Shown here in pieces: positions 1 to 10,151 of a stretch of DNA of 64,000 bases; the stretch's first letter is position 1; every line of letters begins with the position of its first letter. The stretch covers positions 12,985 to 76,984 of IMG/VR virus record IMGVR_UViG_2526164702_000004, one strand, 5' to 3'. The DNA comes from a virus (lineage: Duplodnaviria > Caudoviricetes). The translations under genes were made by a program, and so were the position numbers. Below the pieces are notes generated by a model. That model saw only the letters and a list, made by a program, of their open reading frames with translations. It made no database searches and was not told the DNA's origin.

Positions 1-126
1 TTGACGATCTCTTGATTCACTTGAGATCTTAAGTAAGACGTTAAGCATCTTTCCTTCTCTTTCAACATCCTTAATTTGTGCTGATTTAAGAAAGGATCGT
101 TTTTCGATTGCATTGAAATCACTCAC
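1..126 (-). CDS. N-terminus of a gene running off the left edge; possibly an XkdF-like prohead protease
   Basis: GTG at 126 overlaps the upstream stop; the open frame MSDFNAIEKRSFLKSAQIKDVEEKERCLTSYLRSQ resembles XkdF-type N-termini; lies in the head cluster. Confidence 0.35.
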   Translation of the reverse strand, partial: MSDFNAIEKRSFLKSAQIKDVEREGKMLNVLLKISSESRDRQ

Positions 127-526
127 TTGAAATTACCTCTGTGACTCGAATTCGTCTTGTTCCGATTGCTTTTATTAAAAGTTGTTCTGGTTGAAAACCA
201 CCCAAAGCAACGACTTCTGCTTCGTGCCAGTCACCATTAATTTTTGATTGAAATTGTATTTTTGCAGGATCACCTGCCTTGATCCCATTTTGTGGATCGG
301 AATCTATGTAGTTTGCAAAAAGAAAAACCGCATTGATTATTTTGTAACGTGCAAGATCCATTTGAATCGGAGTTACTTGTGTATCTCTTACACGGTTATC
401 TATATCAAAAAAATCTCCGAAACTTCCCGCTTCAAAATCGTAATCTATAGATTTTGTCGGAAAGGGAGTTAGTCCGCCATTTTCATTCACAAGCGAAATG
501 TCGATTTTTACTCGGAGACGATTCAT
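119..526 (-). CDS. Hypothetical protein, head/structural cluster
   Basis: 135-aa ORF coupled to neighbouring genes. Confidence 0.6.
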   Translation of the reverse strand: MNRLRVKIDISLVNENGGLTPFPTKSIDYDFEAGSFGDFFDIDNRVRDTQVTPIQMDLARYKIINAVFLFANYIDSDPQNGIKAGDPAKIQFQSKINGDWHEAEVVALGGFQPEQLLIKAIGTRRIRVTEVISSE

Positions 527-855
527 TAAAATACCGGTATAAAATAACCGGAAACTTCTGAAATACCGGTTAGAGTTGCACTTTCAACAGCAAAAGGAAC
601 TGTAAATTGTTCATTACCATTACCATTCCTGATGTAATTTTGAACATTATCCTTAGCGGAGTTATTCATAAAATCGATAGCCCAAGGACCAGATGCTCTT
701 ACTTCTAGAATAACAAAAATACGCTTAGAATCATTAAGGACAATTTTCGGATTTGGTATCGGCACACCTTCTTCATTTACCGTAACCAAAGGAGTCGTAA
801 AATGATTATTGATTCTTGATAACTCAAGGTCCTGAATAGTGAAAGTTTTACGCAC
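526..855 (-). CDS. Hypothetical protein, head/structural cluster
   Basis: 109-aa ORF overlapping neighbours by a few bases. Confidence 0.6.
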   Translation of the reverse strand: MRKTFTIQDLELSRINNHFTTPLVTVNEEGVPIPNPKIVLNDSKRIFVILEVRASGPWAIDFMNNSAKDNVQNYIRNGNGNEQFTVPFAVESATLTGISEVSGYFIPVF

Positions 856-1645
856 TTTTACCCACCCATAGATTAATTGTATGTGTTGTTAAAAACGGAG
901 TGGATCCGGAGGCGTTATCAATAGTTAGAATTGTTCCATTGATAGATATAATTCCATCCCATGCAACTTGAACACCTGGACTAGTTGTTAGAACTACCCG
1001 AATATCTTGTAAGATCGGCTGAAAATCAAAAGCAAATCTCATCTTTCCAAGAGCTACTTCTACTGCTGTTGGAACTCTTTTTACAAATCCAGACAGAACA
1101 GTTCCAGGTTTTTGACCAACAATAGAATTCGGTGATGCCCATTGATTATTTGTGCCAACCATCGTAGATCCAAAAGACGTCAGTGATTCAAAATTTTTGT
1201 TGATAGTAAGAATTTCATTATCCGACATTTTTAATGCCAAAACTTCTGAACGACTTTGGGTATTGATTGCATACGCAATTGCAGATGATACGGTAGTAGG
1301 CGTATCATCTGAATGAGTGATGATTCCAATTCTTCCTTCAGGAACACCTACTTGCGCTCGATCGAATTGAAAGGTAAAGGCTCCGATAGTAATCGTCTCC
1401 CCATCCGAAACGTTTGAGACCAATCGGAGAATATTTATGCCGAGGAATCCTGGATCATTTAAGACATCAACCCAACGTAACCCGTCCCAAAAAAGAATTC
1501 TTCCCGTATCAGATTCTCTTATAAATAAAGGATCGCTCCCTGCTTTTAAATTGAGTCCAGCTCTCTCTGCAGAAGTCAGAAGAACTTCTGATTTCAACAT
1601 GTCGCTCTGATTATATTGGATTTTTTGGTGAATGTCCGGGCTCAT
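848..1645 (-). CDS. Putative virion structural protein
   Basis: 265 aa, beta-rich with abundant T/S/G, in the structural operon. Confidence 0.5.
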   Translation of the reverse strand: MSPDIHQKIQYNQSDMLKSEVLLTSAERAGLNLKAGSDPLFIRESDTGRILFWDGLRWVDVLNDPGFLGINILRLVSNVSDGETITIGAFTFQFDRAQVGVPEGRIGIITHSDDTPTTVSSAIAYAINTQSRSEVLALKMSDNEILTINKNFESLTSFGSTMVGTNNQWASPNSIVGQKPGTVLSGFVKRVPTAVEVALGKMRFAFDFQPILQDIRVVLTTSPGVQVAWDGIISINGTILTIDNASGSTPFLTTHTINLWVGKSA

Positions 1646-1760
1646 TAATCTCTCCGCAATGCAAATTGCTGAAGACGGACAAGAGAAATCCTTTTAAGGA
1701 ATTGCAAGTAAAAAAAATAATGATTGTCAAAAAAATCTAAAGAAGCTTTTGTCCTAGAGT

Positions 1761-2123
1761 ATGCAAGACCAACCGAACATTCCACAATCAGAATTCATAA
1801 TGTTACACGCTGCCATTGATCGTATCTTTAATCTTCATGCAGAAGGGAAGATCGCCATATATCCTTCCCAAATTAAAAAACTGAAAGACATTCGTCAAAA
1901 GCCAACTTACCTAACGCACGCACAACGAAATTTAACGCTTTCTGTTATAGATGCAATTTTCATAAACCATCGAAATCTATACGATATAATGACCCCAAAA
2001 CAAAAGAAGATGAAAGCGCCTAAGCCTGAATTAAACGCCCTCTATAATCGTATTAGAATTATTCACACTGAGATTCTCGATAATTTGAAGCAACTAATAC
2101 CTTTGACATCTCAATCAGCTTGA
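1761..2123 (+). CDS. Hypothetical protein, opposite strand within the head cluster
   Basis: 120-aa ORF with an AT-rich upstream region. Confidence 0.5.
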   Translation: MQDQPNIPQSEFIMLHAAIDRIFNLHAEGKIAIYPSQIKKLKDIRQKPTYLTHAQRNLTLSVIDAIFINHRNLYDIMTPKQKKMKAPKPELNALYNRIRIIHTEILDNLKQLIPLTSQSA

Positions 2124-2466
2124 GCGGATCCCTTCCTAAACTTAGAATTTGAGCCAAGAATAGATTTCCGGTCCAGTAGAAATATCCTACAATACCTACG
2201 TAAGTGCCCATCGAATAAATATCAATTTTAGGTGGAACTTTTGAAACATGTACAATTGTAAAACCTGCAAATGATTGAACAAATTTCGAAAGTTTTTGAA
2301 ATCCAAATCTAAAAAGTGCTAATACAATCCTCCTATGTATAGGATTCATATTTTCATCATGGAATTTTTTAGAAAATCCCAAAAGTTCGAATGATTCCTT
2401 GTTTAAAATTTCATGAACCCGTTTTTTCTCAAAGCGCCTCGAAAATGCTCTAGTTGCTCTTCCCAT
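2059..2466 (-). CDS. Hypothetical protein
   Basis: 135-aa ORF downstream of the neck-like gene; 3' overlap with the + strand ORF. Confidence 0.45.
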   Translation of the reverse strand: MGRATRAFSRRFEKKRVHEILNKESFELLGFSKKFHDENMNPIHRRIVLALFRFGFQKLSKFVQSFAGFTIVHVSKVPPKIDIYSMGTYVGIVGYFYWTGNLFLAQILSLGRDPLKLIEMSKVLVASNYRESQCE

Positions 2467-2518
2467 TCTTTTTCTGGTTTATCGCCTCTATAAGTGGCAA
2501 AAAACTTCTCTCCTTCTT

Positions 2519-3469
2519 TTATAAAATTGCTAAACGTTTTGGTTTGTATCTTTCAATAATTCCAGGACCAATCACTTTTAACCTATTATAGAGTTCTAAT
2601 TGCCTTGCTCCGAAGAGAGAAGATGTTGCTGATTGTGTAGTGGAAATTGATTCGTGTAATGGTCCAACTCCTACAGAATAGGAGGCGATTGCACCTGCTT
2701 TAGATTCACCATGTGCAGACATGACCCTCAAACATGCCAACATTCCAATCACTTCACACAACTCCGCTGGCACTCTAGCAGCTGAATCGTACCCAGAAAT
2801 AAAATCAATATAATGAACTGTTGGAACCCTTGTTTGAGGAAGTCCTGCAAATACTCTTTGTGATCTTATTGCTGCATTCGGATTAAAATTGAAACCGTTT
2901 CCAAGCATCCCGACAGATCGCAAAATCCCGGACTCGTAAATTATTCTTGATTTGCTTAAAAGATCAATAGACATTCCATCTGGAACATTGTCTGAGCTAC
3001 GTGAGACTGGATTCACAAATTCCCAACGTAAAACTCTATTCAACGGTGCTTTTCCTAATGATACAAAAAAATTATTCCCAACATCATCATTTTTGTAATC
3101 TATTGGATCAAACCATTTGGCATGATCTTCTATGAATCGAGGAAGGTTTCCCTTGGGTCTGTGGCGGTAGACTTGTGGGTATATATCATGCTCTAGTTCG
3201 TTCGATAAGGCTAACGTTATCCTATGGATTAACCCTTGGAGATTCTCATTGGTAATATAAGATCCGTCCGTTGACATCAACCTGGAATTTCCGATCATCC
3301 AAGAATATCGAATTTCATCCGTGGTTACTACAGAACCCCATCCACCTTGTACAGGCAAACCAGGTTCGAACGTCCCAACTTCTTTTCCGGTAAAACACCT
3401 TTCTAATAGATTGCGATTTGCTTCTTTATCTGGGTTGTCAAAAAGAAAACCTTTCCAACTATTTGCCAT
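2519..3469 (-). CDS. Putative neck / head-tail adaptor protein
   Basis: 316 aa; C-terminal Y.SG..VPAEL...IASYSVGVGPLHESISTT pattern typical of adaptor proteins; position. Confidence 0.5.
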   Translation of the reverse strand: MANSWKGFLFDNPDKEANRNLLERCFTGKEVGTFEPGLPVQGGWGSVVTTDEIRYSWMIGNSRLMSTDGSYITNENLQGLIHRITLALSNELEHDIYPQVYRHRPKGNLPRFIEDHAKWFDPIDYKNDDVGNNFFVSLGKAPLNRVLRWEFVNPVSRSSDNVPDGMSIDLLSKSRIIYESGILRSVGMLGNGFNFNPNAAIRSQRVFAGLPQTRVPTVHYIDFISGYDSAARVPAELCEVIGMLACLRVMSAHGESKAGAIASYSVGVGPLHESISTTQSATSSLFGARQLELYNRLKVIGPGIIERYKPKRLAIL

Positions 3470-3517
3470 AAGTTCGGGACAAATTTATTAATAAATTTTT
3501 TAGTCAAGAGTATATTT

Positions 3518-6500
3518 CTAACATGCGGATTTCAGGAATCGTTTTAAAGTAAACCTGTTTCTAATTTCTAGATCCAAGGCTAAGGATTTTCTATACTCAT
3601 TTATTCCGGCAACAGACAAAAGTTCGCCAACATGTTTTTTAACAATCGCATCAATAGATTCATTTGCTTTGTTCTTTTCTTTTTCTGCGAGTTCTTTTGT
3701 AAACTTAGCAATATACTCTTCTTTCTTGTTCCCAAGAATTTCACTAACTTTTTCTGATAATGTATCCGACTCACCAAGAAGTTTGTTTGCTTCGGCTTCG
3801 GCTTTTTCTAAATCACTTAGTCCTTTTTTCTCTAAGTTATCTTCGTTTCTTTTTAACTTAGCTTTTTTTATCGCTAATTTTGCTGCTATATCTTGGATTG
3901 TCTTCTTTTGATAGCTAATTCCAAGTTCAGAATGTGGCCCATAACTTTCATAGCGTCCTGTCTCTTTAAGTTTGTTAAACTCCTCCAAATTTTCTTTTAA
4001 TTCCTTTTTTTCTCTGTTTAACGAGTTCTCTTCGTTACTAATTAAATTTCTTAGCTCTCTAATTTCATCGACAATTCCCTGGAGCGTGAATGATCGGCCT
4101 CGAAGATCCTTAGACTCTTGTCTTACCTTTGCAGCTTCCTCATTGACGACAAATTGTGCTTTTCTTTTTGGATCTCTAATAATCTCAGTTTTTAATTCCT
4201 CTGGATTTATATCCGAAACATCTATTGCAGCCGATCCACTCCTTTCGAAAATCTGGTTGATGCGAGAAATCTTTTCGGATTGTTTTTGATAAAGTTTTGA
4301 ATCAATAGAATCTTCCATCAATATATCAATCCACTGAACGTTTTTTTGTAAGTTTCCAGGTCTATGATGTCTCCCTCTTTTCTGAACTTCGGTAGTCGGA
4401 TTCCAGTCGATCGAAGCATTATACGCCGCAATTGTATTATTATTTAAGGATACTCCCTCTTTTATAACGTCCGATCCAATGAGGATTTTACAAGGATGTT
4501 CGCTGGAATTAAATTGATCAGAAATTTCAGTGAATCTAGATAATCCTTGTTTAGCAAGTTCCGGATCCTTTGCTTTTTTAATTTTAGTGTCCGATGTTAG
4601 GACACCAATCGCATCTTCTGGAATTCCATGCTTTACCATTAGATATTGTTTAATTTTCGAAATGTATTCAACACCCTTCGGCATAAACATCAATTGACCC
4701 GGAATTCTTTCCCCAGGTTTTGATTTCTTATACTGATTATAAAATTCTGCAAGGGAATCAGCTATAAACTGAAGTTTCGGAGATCTTTCTACAATATCCT
4801 TATCACCTTCTGGATTGATTTCGCCTGCATAATTCCAAACTTCGCCTTCTCCTTTTTTAACTAAGGCAGGAGAAATATTCATCATTTGTTGCGAAAGAAT
4901 AGAAACTAAAGAAGCTCCCCCAAGAGCACCTCCAGACGCATCTCTCAAATCATACATTGATTCAAGTCGATTGCGTATCTGTTCTTGTTCACTTGTTAAG
5001 GGGAGAGTGATTGCTTTCATTTTCAGGTTCGGTCGTTCAACTCCATTTGCGTCCCCTGATTGGAAGTCAAAATACTCCGAAATTAAATTCTGTAACGCTT
5101 GTGCATTTTTAAAGGAACGAACAACTTGCTTATTAACAACCTTCCCGTTTCCTTCGATCACATTTTCATATCGCGTTTCAACAAACGTTCCAAGAAAATC
5201 TCGAACGTTCGTTATTCCCATTTTTTCCATTCTTTTTTTCGCAACAATTGAAAGAAGTGAGTAGATTTGTAGGGGATTGTTAGTAAATGGTGTAGCACTC
5301 AATAATAAAACGTTTCGATCATTGTTTTTTTCAAGGATATGTCTTGCCGCCAGCCATAGCTTAATTCCTCGAGCAGATGGAGTACCACCTGTGATTCCAT
5401 CAAACTCGTTAACTCCTGTATCGTCTTCTCGACCCTTTAATTTATTTTCAGTCTTGCCTTTAGTTGATGCTACATCCACAAAAATGTTATTAAAATTGTG
5501 GGCTTCATCGATTGTGATATGATCAAATCCAGCCTTATCAAAAAGTAAATCTGATCGAGTGCCTTTAACTGCTTCCGATACGATTGAATTGGATTTTTCA
5601 TCCATTTGAGCTTTTTCTCTTTTCTTTTCTTTTGAGTTATCTGGGTTGTAAATTTGATCGCGCACTTGGTTTGTTAGCTCTTCATACCTTTCATTACTAA
5701 ATCCAAATTGAGTAAATGCATCGTAGGACATGATTGTAACTACTCCTTCCTCAACCTGGAAACCATTCTCTGACTTATTTAAATTATTTAGCTCTGGACT
5801 TCCGACCATTTGGACAGGCACATTCGGAAATCGCTCTTTAAATTCTAGGGCCCAGTTTTGCAAGACAGAAGTTGGTACAATTATTAAAGGTCTCTTGCAT
5901 TTACCTGACTGCATCGCTGAAATATTCGAAGCCATTCCCGTCCAAGTTTTACCTAGTCCTACTTCGTGTGTGGCACACCCAACTCCTTGTGTCATAAACC
6001 TTGATATGAAATTTGTTTGCGTTGGTCTAAAATCTTGCTTATTTCCTTTAAATAATTTAGACATCCCTTCCAGTACTACTGGTATCTTTGATCCATCAAT
6101 ATTAACTACAGAATTATATTGCTCATTCCATTTTTTAGTTAGATCAGCGCGTTCGTCATTACTTAACGATTCCTGAATAAACTGTTGAAATAGTTTATTT
6201 CCTATTTCTTTTCTCTCTTTCTTTTTTAACTTATTCGTTTCTATTTTTGTGGTTTCGCCCGTGGTCTTATCGTAAACCACGTCGTTTCTTCCTGTTACCC
6301 TTTCGCCACTTAGATATGCAAGAATATCTGATTTTGTAATTGTATAATTTGTAAAATACTCGCTTGGAAGACCACCTTTGTAATCAATTATCTTTCCTTC
6401 GTATTTACCGTAACGCCCTACGATCGGTTCACCCAAAATAAACTTTTTGAACTTTTCAATTAAGCTAGTATTATCTTCAAATATAAACCCTTTTGCAAAT

Positions 6501-8704
6501 GGTTCAATAGGTGTTAGAATAATATTTTCGAGTTTTACTTTTTTTGGTAGCACTGATTCTAAAAGATTTTTCTGTTTAGAATACTCTTCTGGACTTAGTG
6601 TATCTTTTTCTATTTCGAGCGTTCTAAGTTTTTCAGTTATATCTCCAGAAGCATAAATAAAATCTGGATATATTTCGTTATTCATTTTCGACATTTTCTG
6701 AACATTGAAAACTTGAGACTCAGGAAGAGAACCAGTAGGTAGTATATTACGGACAATGTCTAGATCAACCCGATCATACTTTTTGCCATATTTCTGAATA
6801 AACTCCTCTTGTGTGTATAAATCTTTGGGATCGATCTTCCTTTCTGCACCTATCGTGCTTCGAACTGCATTAGATATTTTTTCTTTTGTTTCCCTTTTTT
6901 TATTTACCTTCTTTGCCTCCGATACGGTTTTTAAAACTTGCTTCCCTTTTGCATTCGTATTCCCCACCAAACCTTCAGAAATTGCCGCTTTCTGTTCTTC
7001 GCTCATTTCAGATCTTAGCGGCAAATTGAAATTTAATAAATCAGTAATCTCTCCCTTAACGTAGTCTTCTTCTTTTCCAAATCGATTCTTTCTTTTTTCG
7101 ACAGAGCCAAAAACATGCTCTGGGTTATTTTCAAAGTATTTTCCGGAAAAAGCCAATGAATTATTTTTAGAGTTGGTTGTATTTTTTCTTAAAACAATTA
7201 TATCCGTTCCAATTTGAGTATTGCCAAACGCGCCTTCGGGCAAACGGTATGCTTCTAACAATTCTGCTTTATCAAAAATTTGATTTTTCCATTTTTCATT
7301 ATTTGCATTTAAAAATGATTGAGGTACTATAAAAGTAAGGATACCACCTTCTTCTAAGACATCAATCCCACGATTTATAAAATAATGTTCATATCTCTTC
7401 CAACCTTTCCCCTCGATGGCCTTATATTTTCCTTCCATGGCCCCGTAAGGAGGATTACCGGCTACAAATTGAAATTTCTTTCCCTTATAATTTTCACCGA
7501 CTGATTGATTTTTGTTATTAATAAATAGGGTCTCAAAAGCGTTGTCTGATATATTGGCGTCCGGATATAAGATTCTAGCGATTGCAAAAGCAGTTTTGTC
7601 ATCTGGGTTATACTCTAGCATATCCCAGTTATATTTTCCGCCTTTGCCTTCCGCAAACCTACCTATTCCAGCAGAAGGTTCTAGCCCGTTAGCGCCATCT
7701 TGCACGTAACGTGACAGTATATCTTGCATCTTTTCGACAATTTTTCTTGGAGTAAGGAACTGATATAACATTCCTCTATTTGCATCCACCTCATTATTTG
7801 TCGTTTGTCCGCCAGAACCCTCATATAATCTTAATATATCTTTTTGATCAGAAGTAATTTGATCATGAGGGGTTGTTGATAAAATTCTTTTACATTCTAA
7901 ATTTATTTCATTTTGTTTTTTATTATTCCAGAGTCCGCGAAAAGTTTTTAGTCCTTCCACGACCTTAAGGGCAATAGATTCTTCTTTTGTCAGTCGCTCG
8001 TTGCTCGAAATTCCTGACTCAGATCGACTTCCAGGTTTCCGGCTAGCGAGAGCAGATTTTCCAGAGTTGGCTCCAGACCGTCCACTCTCGCCATTTTGAG
8101 AAGGCTCTGAAACACCCAATTTGGATCCCTTGTCGGTAGGGTTTGATAGCCCGACTCCTTGATTAGATTCATTAATTCTATTTGCATTTCCATTTGATTT
8201 TCTATCCCCATAAATATCATAAAGTAACTTGAATATTGATTTTTTATATGTAAACTTATCGGTATTTTGATTCGTATTATTTGCGATAAAATTTGTAACT
8301 TGATTCGATTCTGATTTGTTTATTATCGTAGAATTCGTTTTTTTTGCATTCTTTTCTTGATGAAATTTTGCATCAATTTGGGATTTGATTTCAAAATATC
8401 TTGTAAAATGTTTAGTCCATTCTTGTATAGATATTCCTTTTGATTTTATTTTATTCGATTCATACTCTCGTTTTGGAATTGTTTTTGCAATTTTTCTATC
8501 CGTTCCAAAAAAATTTGTTATCGCTTCAAATATTTTGGAGAACCTGTTTTTATCCTCACTATGTTTTTGAACCAACTTCCATTGTTTTGATTTTTGGCCG
8601 GAATCTGAAATTTTCCGATAAATTCCATCCTTACGAATAGATTCCCTTCCTACTTCAAACTTGCGGGCTTTTAAAAAAGTCTGAATAATCTCGTGTTGAT
8701 TCAT
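3518..8704 (-). CDS. DarB-like N6-adenine methyltransferase / SNF2-type helicase fusion
   Basis: MTase motifs LEPSAGIGRF and GNPPYG; helicase motifs HEVGLGKT, IDEAHNF, LLSATP, QKRGRHHRPGN; 1728 aa; located in the head cluster. Confidence 0.85.
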   Translation of the reverse strand: MNQHEIIQTFLKARKFEVGRESIRKDGIYRKISDSGQKSKQWKLVQKHSEDKNRFSKIFEAITNFFGTDRKIAKTIPKREYESNKIKSKGISIQEWTKHFTRYFEIKSQIDAKFHQEKNAKKTNSTIINKSESNQVTNFIANNTNQNTDKFTYKKSIFKLLYDIYGDRKSNGNANRINESNQGVGLSNPTDKGSKLGVSEPSQNGESGRSGANSGKSALASRKPGSRSESGISSNERLTKEESIALKVVEGLKTFRGLWNNKKQNEINLECKRILSTTPHDQITSDQKDILRLYEGSGGQTTNNEVDANRGMLYQFLTPRKIVEKMQDILSRYVQDGANGLEPSAGIGRFAEGKGGKYNWDMLEYNPDDKTAFAIARILYPDANISDNAFETLFINNKNQSVGENYKGKKFQFVAGNPPYGAMEGKYKAIEGKGWKRYEHYFINRGIDVLEEGGILTFIVPQSFLNANNEKWKNQIFDKAELLEAYRLPEGAFGNTQIGTDIIVLRKNTTNSKNNSLAFSGKYFENNPEHVFGSVEKRKNRFGKEEDYVKGEITDLLNFNLPLRSEMSEEQKAAISEGLVGNTNAKGKQVLKTVSEAKKVNKKRETKEKISNAVRSTIGAERKIDPKDLYTQEEFIQKYGKKYDRVDLDIVRNILPTGSLPESQVFNVQKMSKMNNEIYPDFIYASGDITEKLRTLEIEKDTLSPEEYSKQKNLLESVLPKKVKLENIILTPIEPFAKGFIFEDNTSLIEKFKKFILGEPIVGRYGKYEGKIIDYKGGLPSEYFTNYTITKSDILAYLSGERVTGRNDVVYDKTTGETTKIETNKLKKKERKEIGNKLFQQFIQESLSNDERADLTKKWNEQYNSVVNIDGSKIPVVLEGMSKLFKGNKQDFRPTQTNFISRFMTQGVGCATHEVGLGKTWTGMASNISAMQSGKCKRPLIIVPTSVLQNWALEFKERFPNVPVQMVGSPELNNLNKSENGFQVEEGVVTIMSYDAFTQFGFSNERYEELTNQVRDQIYNPDNSKEKKREKAQMDEKSNSIVSEAVKGTRSDLLFDKAGFDHITIDEAHNFNNIFVDVASTKGKTENKLKGREDDTGVNEFDGITGGTPSARGIKLWLAARHILEKNNDRNVLLLSATPFTNNPLQIYSLLSIVAKKRMEKMGITNVRDFLGTFVETRYENVIEGNGKVVNKQVVRSFKNAQALQNLISEYFDFQSGDANGVERPNLKMKAITLPLTSEQEQIRNRLESMYDLRDASGGALGGASLVSILSQQMMNISPALVKKGEGEVWNYAGEINPEGDKDIVERSPKLQFIADSLAEFYNQYKKSKPGERIPGQLMFMPKGVEYISKIKQYLMVKHGIPEDAIGVLTSDTKIKKAKDPELAKQGLSRFTEISDQFNSSEHPCKILIGSDVIKEGVSLNNNTIAAYNASIDWNPTTEVQKRGRHHRPGNLQKNVQWIDILMEDSIDSKLYQKQSEKISRINQIFERSGSAAIDVSDINPEELKTEIIRDPKRKAQFVVNEEAAKVRQESKDLRGRSFTLQGIVDEIRELRNLISNEENSLNREKKELKENLEEFNKLKETGRYESYGPHSELGISYQKKTIQDIAAKLAIKKAKLKRNEDNLEKKGLSDLEKAEAEANKLLGESDTLSEKVSEILGNKKEEYIAKFTKELAEKEKNKANESIDAIVKKHVGELLSVAGINEYRKSLALDLEIRNRFTLKRFLKSAC

Positions 8705-8750
8705 ACGAAAAGCGACAAATTATAGATTATTTTTACTTTGCAATAATAAT

Positions 8751-9896
8751 TTAATGCGAAATACCAGGGATTATTTCAGAAAGATCAAGTTCAGTTTGAT
8801 CTAGTCTTGCAACCCATTCTCTAGGTTGTATCCTATCTGCTAATGCTGATAGTTTAGTTGAGGGCAAAATCTTAAATTTTGGATTAAATCCGTAAACTAT
8901 AGATATTTGTTCTGGTAGGAATTTTTCATTCAATTTTAAGAATCTAAATTTCTCTATAGAGTAGTCAAAATATTCTTTTTCTTGGGAGTGTATTGAGTAT
9001 ATTTCTCTTACGGGTGTATACTTTATAGGATAAAACCCATCCTTATTTCTTTTGCAAATTTCTTTTTCGGTCATTAACGAATTCAATAAGATAATCAAAT
9101 CGTCTTTTGCAAAGTTTGTTGTAGACCCTACGACAACATCAAGGTCACCTATTTGCAAATCTATTCCTGATTTTCCTAATCTTCGATCCTTTGCTTCAAT
9201 CATTCGGTATCCGATTTTGATAGGGGAAAATGAATCTAAGGTCATTTTGAAAACTGTCCCAATCGAGGATATATCCTTTATATATAGATTTACCAAATCA
9301 TGCCTGAAATCTGGAAGTAGAGTGAATGTCTGCTCAGATGGTCTTTTTCGCCAAATTGCTTTTACATTAGTTACCAACTTATTCGGAAATAATTCGAAGT
9401 TTATTATGTTTCCATCAAGTTTTTGGATCACAGTAATACTTTCATCCTCGTCAATAACGGAAATTTCATAATCACATCGAACTAGCATATAGGATTCGAA
9501 TTCTCTTTCCGGAAAAATTCTAATCCTGTTTCCATCAATCTCTTCAACTTTTAATTCAAAGTTTCCACCTTCTTCTTCCGAACGAACTACGTATAATTTA
9601 CGGATTTTTTTTATCGGTCCATAACGAGTATATAAATCGTTTCCATCGAATTGCTGATTTTGTAAGTCTTCTAATGGTACTCTAAACGTTTTATCAATCC
9701 GATAAAATATTCCATCTGCACCTGGTAGTGCCATTAGTTGCTGACTGTTGGCACTAGGGTTCGGAAAAGATCTTAACCAAATAACCGGTTCCCCTTGCCT
9801 TTGTATTAAATCGTCAGGTGGGTTTGGATTGAATGTAGAGGGGCCAATCTCTACTTTAAAGGTATTACCTCCAGTTTTAAGAAACTCACGCCCCAT
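8751..9896 (-). CDS. Putative neck / head-closure structural protein
   Basis: 381-aa beta-rich ORF in the head cluster. Confidence 0.4.
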   Translation of the reverse strand: MGREFLKTGGNTFKVEIGPSTFNPNPPDDLIQRQGEPVIWLRSFPNPSANSQQLMALPGADGIFYRIDKTFRVPLEDLQNQQFDGNDLYTRYGPIKKIRKLYVVRSEEEGGNFELKVEEIDGNRIRIFPEREFESYMLVRCDYEISVIDEDESITVIQKLDGNIINFELFPNKLVTNVKAIWRKRPSEQTFTLLPDFRHDLVNLYIKDISSIGTVFKMTLDSFSPIKIGYRMIEAKDRRLGKSGIDLQIGDLDVVVGSTTNFAKDDLIILLNSLMTEKEICKRNKDGFYPIKYTPVREIYSIHSQEKEYFDYSIEKFRFLKLNEKFLPEQISIVYGFNPKFKILPSTKLSALADRIQPREWVARLDQTELDLSEIIPGISH

Positions 9897-10107
9897 ATTT
9901 GTAAAATGGTCCTGCTAATTGATATTCTTGATTTTCAGCATAATTTTTTACTTCGTAATAATTTTTGGATTCATAAATTAGAAGTGAATCAGAACATCTT
10001 CTAAGTGTATAGTACTGCTCATCAAAGCAAAGTTCAAAATTTAGAATGCGAGTAATGACAACTTTTTTTATCGCAGACTCAATGTAATAAAGATTTGTTA
10101 ATTCCAT
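9886..10107 (-). CDS. Hypothetical protein
   Basis: 73-aa ORF coupled to the downstream gene. Confidence 0.5.
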   Translation of the reverse strand: MELTNLYYIESAIKKVVITRILNFELCFDEQYYTLRRCSDSLLIYESKNYYEVKNYAENQEYQLAGPFYKYGA

Positions 10108-10151
10108 TTTTCCCTTCGGATTTTTTATTTAATCTAACTCACTCATAGACA

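Noticed and set aside
3669-8640. Plus-strand ORFs antisense to the DarB-like gene
   Set aside because: Ser/Phe/Leu-rich shadow frames of a Lys/Glu-rich gene, with no RBS or motifs.
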